From a virus (Duplodnaviria; Caudoviricetes), in IMG/VR virus record IMGVR_UViG_3300042297_000410, positions 1 through 26,284 of that record: a stretch of 26,284 bases of DNA; one strand, 5' to 3'. The translations under genes and the position numbers were made by a program. How positions within the stretch are numbered: position 1 is the stretch's first letter; the number at the start of each line of letters is the position of its first letter. This document shows, piece by piece, positions 25,750 through 26,284 of the stretch. The notes below the pieces were generated by a model, which was given only the letters and a program-made list of their open reading frames with translations, did no database searches and was not told where the DNA came from.

Positions 25750-26151
25750 ATGGCTAAGCTTGTGCTTACTAACTCGAACGTGACCCTCGGGGGCACGGAC
25801 GTCAGCGCGTACGTCGCTTCCGTGACGCTCAGCATTTCGGTCAACGAGGTCGAGACGACTTCGTTCGGCACGGGTGCCGTCACTCGCGTCGGCGGGTTGC
25901 AGGACAACTCGGTTACGCTCGACATGCACCAGGACTACTCGGCCATTGAGGGCCTCGTGTATCCCCTGATCGGCTCGACGACTTCGCTCGTCATCAAGCC
26001 GAACGGTACCGCCGTCGGCACCGCTAACCCGTCCTACACGATGACTCCGCTCGTTACCGAGTGGACTCCCGTGAACGGCGCGGTCGGCGAGCTCGCTACC
26101 GCTTCCATCACGTGGCCGATCTCCGGCACCGTGACCAAGGCTGTCGCATAA
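25750..26151 (+). CDS. Major tail (tube) protein
   Basis: VETTSFG..VGGLQD..NPSYT..GAVGELAT..TWP; position after tail completion gene. Confidence 0.85.
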   Translation: MAKLVLTNSNVTLGGTDVSAYVASVTLSISVNEVETTSFGTGAVTRVGGLQDNSVTLDMHQDYSAIEGLVYPLIGSTTSLVIKPNGTAVGTANPSYTMTPLVTEWTPVNGAVGELATASITWPISGTVTKAVA

Positions 26152-26192
26152 CTCATCGCACCCAGTAGGGTGCTAGTTGGAGGGAATGAGAG

Positions 26193-26284
26193 ATGGAAGT
26201 CCAGTTCAAGATCAAGCCGAAGGGTGGCGTCGCCGAGACGGTTACGGCCGAACTCGTCGACGTCATCGCGTGGGAAGAGAAGTA
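26193..26284 (+). CDS. Probable tail assembly chaperone (3'-truncated)
   Basis: GGAGG upstream; MEVQFKIKPKGGVAETVTAELVDVIAWEEK; follows major tail gene. Confidence 0.55.
   Translation, partial: MEVQFKIKPKGGVAETVTAELVDVIAWEEK

Noticed and set aside
1-26284. tRNA, rRNA, integrase, transposase or replicative DNA polymerase genes
   Set aside because: None recognisable by eye; they cannot be excluded outside the window.

Overview
This is a GC-rich, tailed dsDNA phage (HK97-type siphovirus), probably infecting an Actinobacterium (host inferred). The window covers most of a genome but lacks the tape-measure and most minor-tail genes. In order it holds: tail-fibre cassettes, a lysis module (membrane protein, holin, CHAP endolysin), a metallophosphoesterase, and a short leftward block of early/regulatory genes. 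A rightward replication/recombination block follows (SSB-like, RuvC-like, Rpf-like, HNH, primase-polymerase/helicase), then an iteron-like repeat cluster. The structural region has HNH-terS-terL, portal, a 733-aa multi-domain prohead protease, major capsid, a six-gene glycosylation cluster, head-tail genes and the major tail protein. The most striking element is at 13-983: a 57-bp inverted repeat (one mismatch) lying inside the 5' end of a tail-fibre gene. It brackets two unrelated, convergent receptor-binding cassettes, which looks like an invertible host-range switch. The repeat contains a 26-bp hix/gix-like site, yet no recombinase gene is visible in the window. All product calls are motif recognition by eye; no database searches were run.
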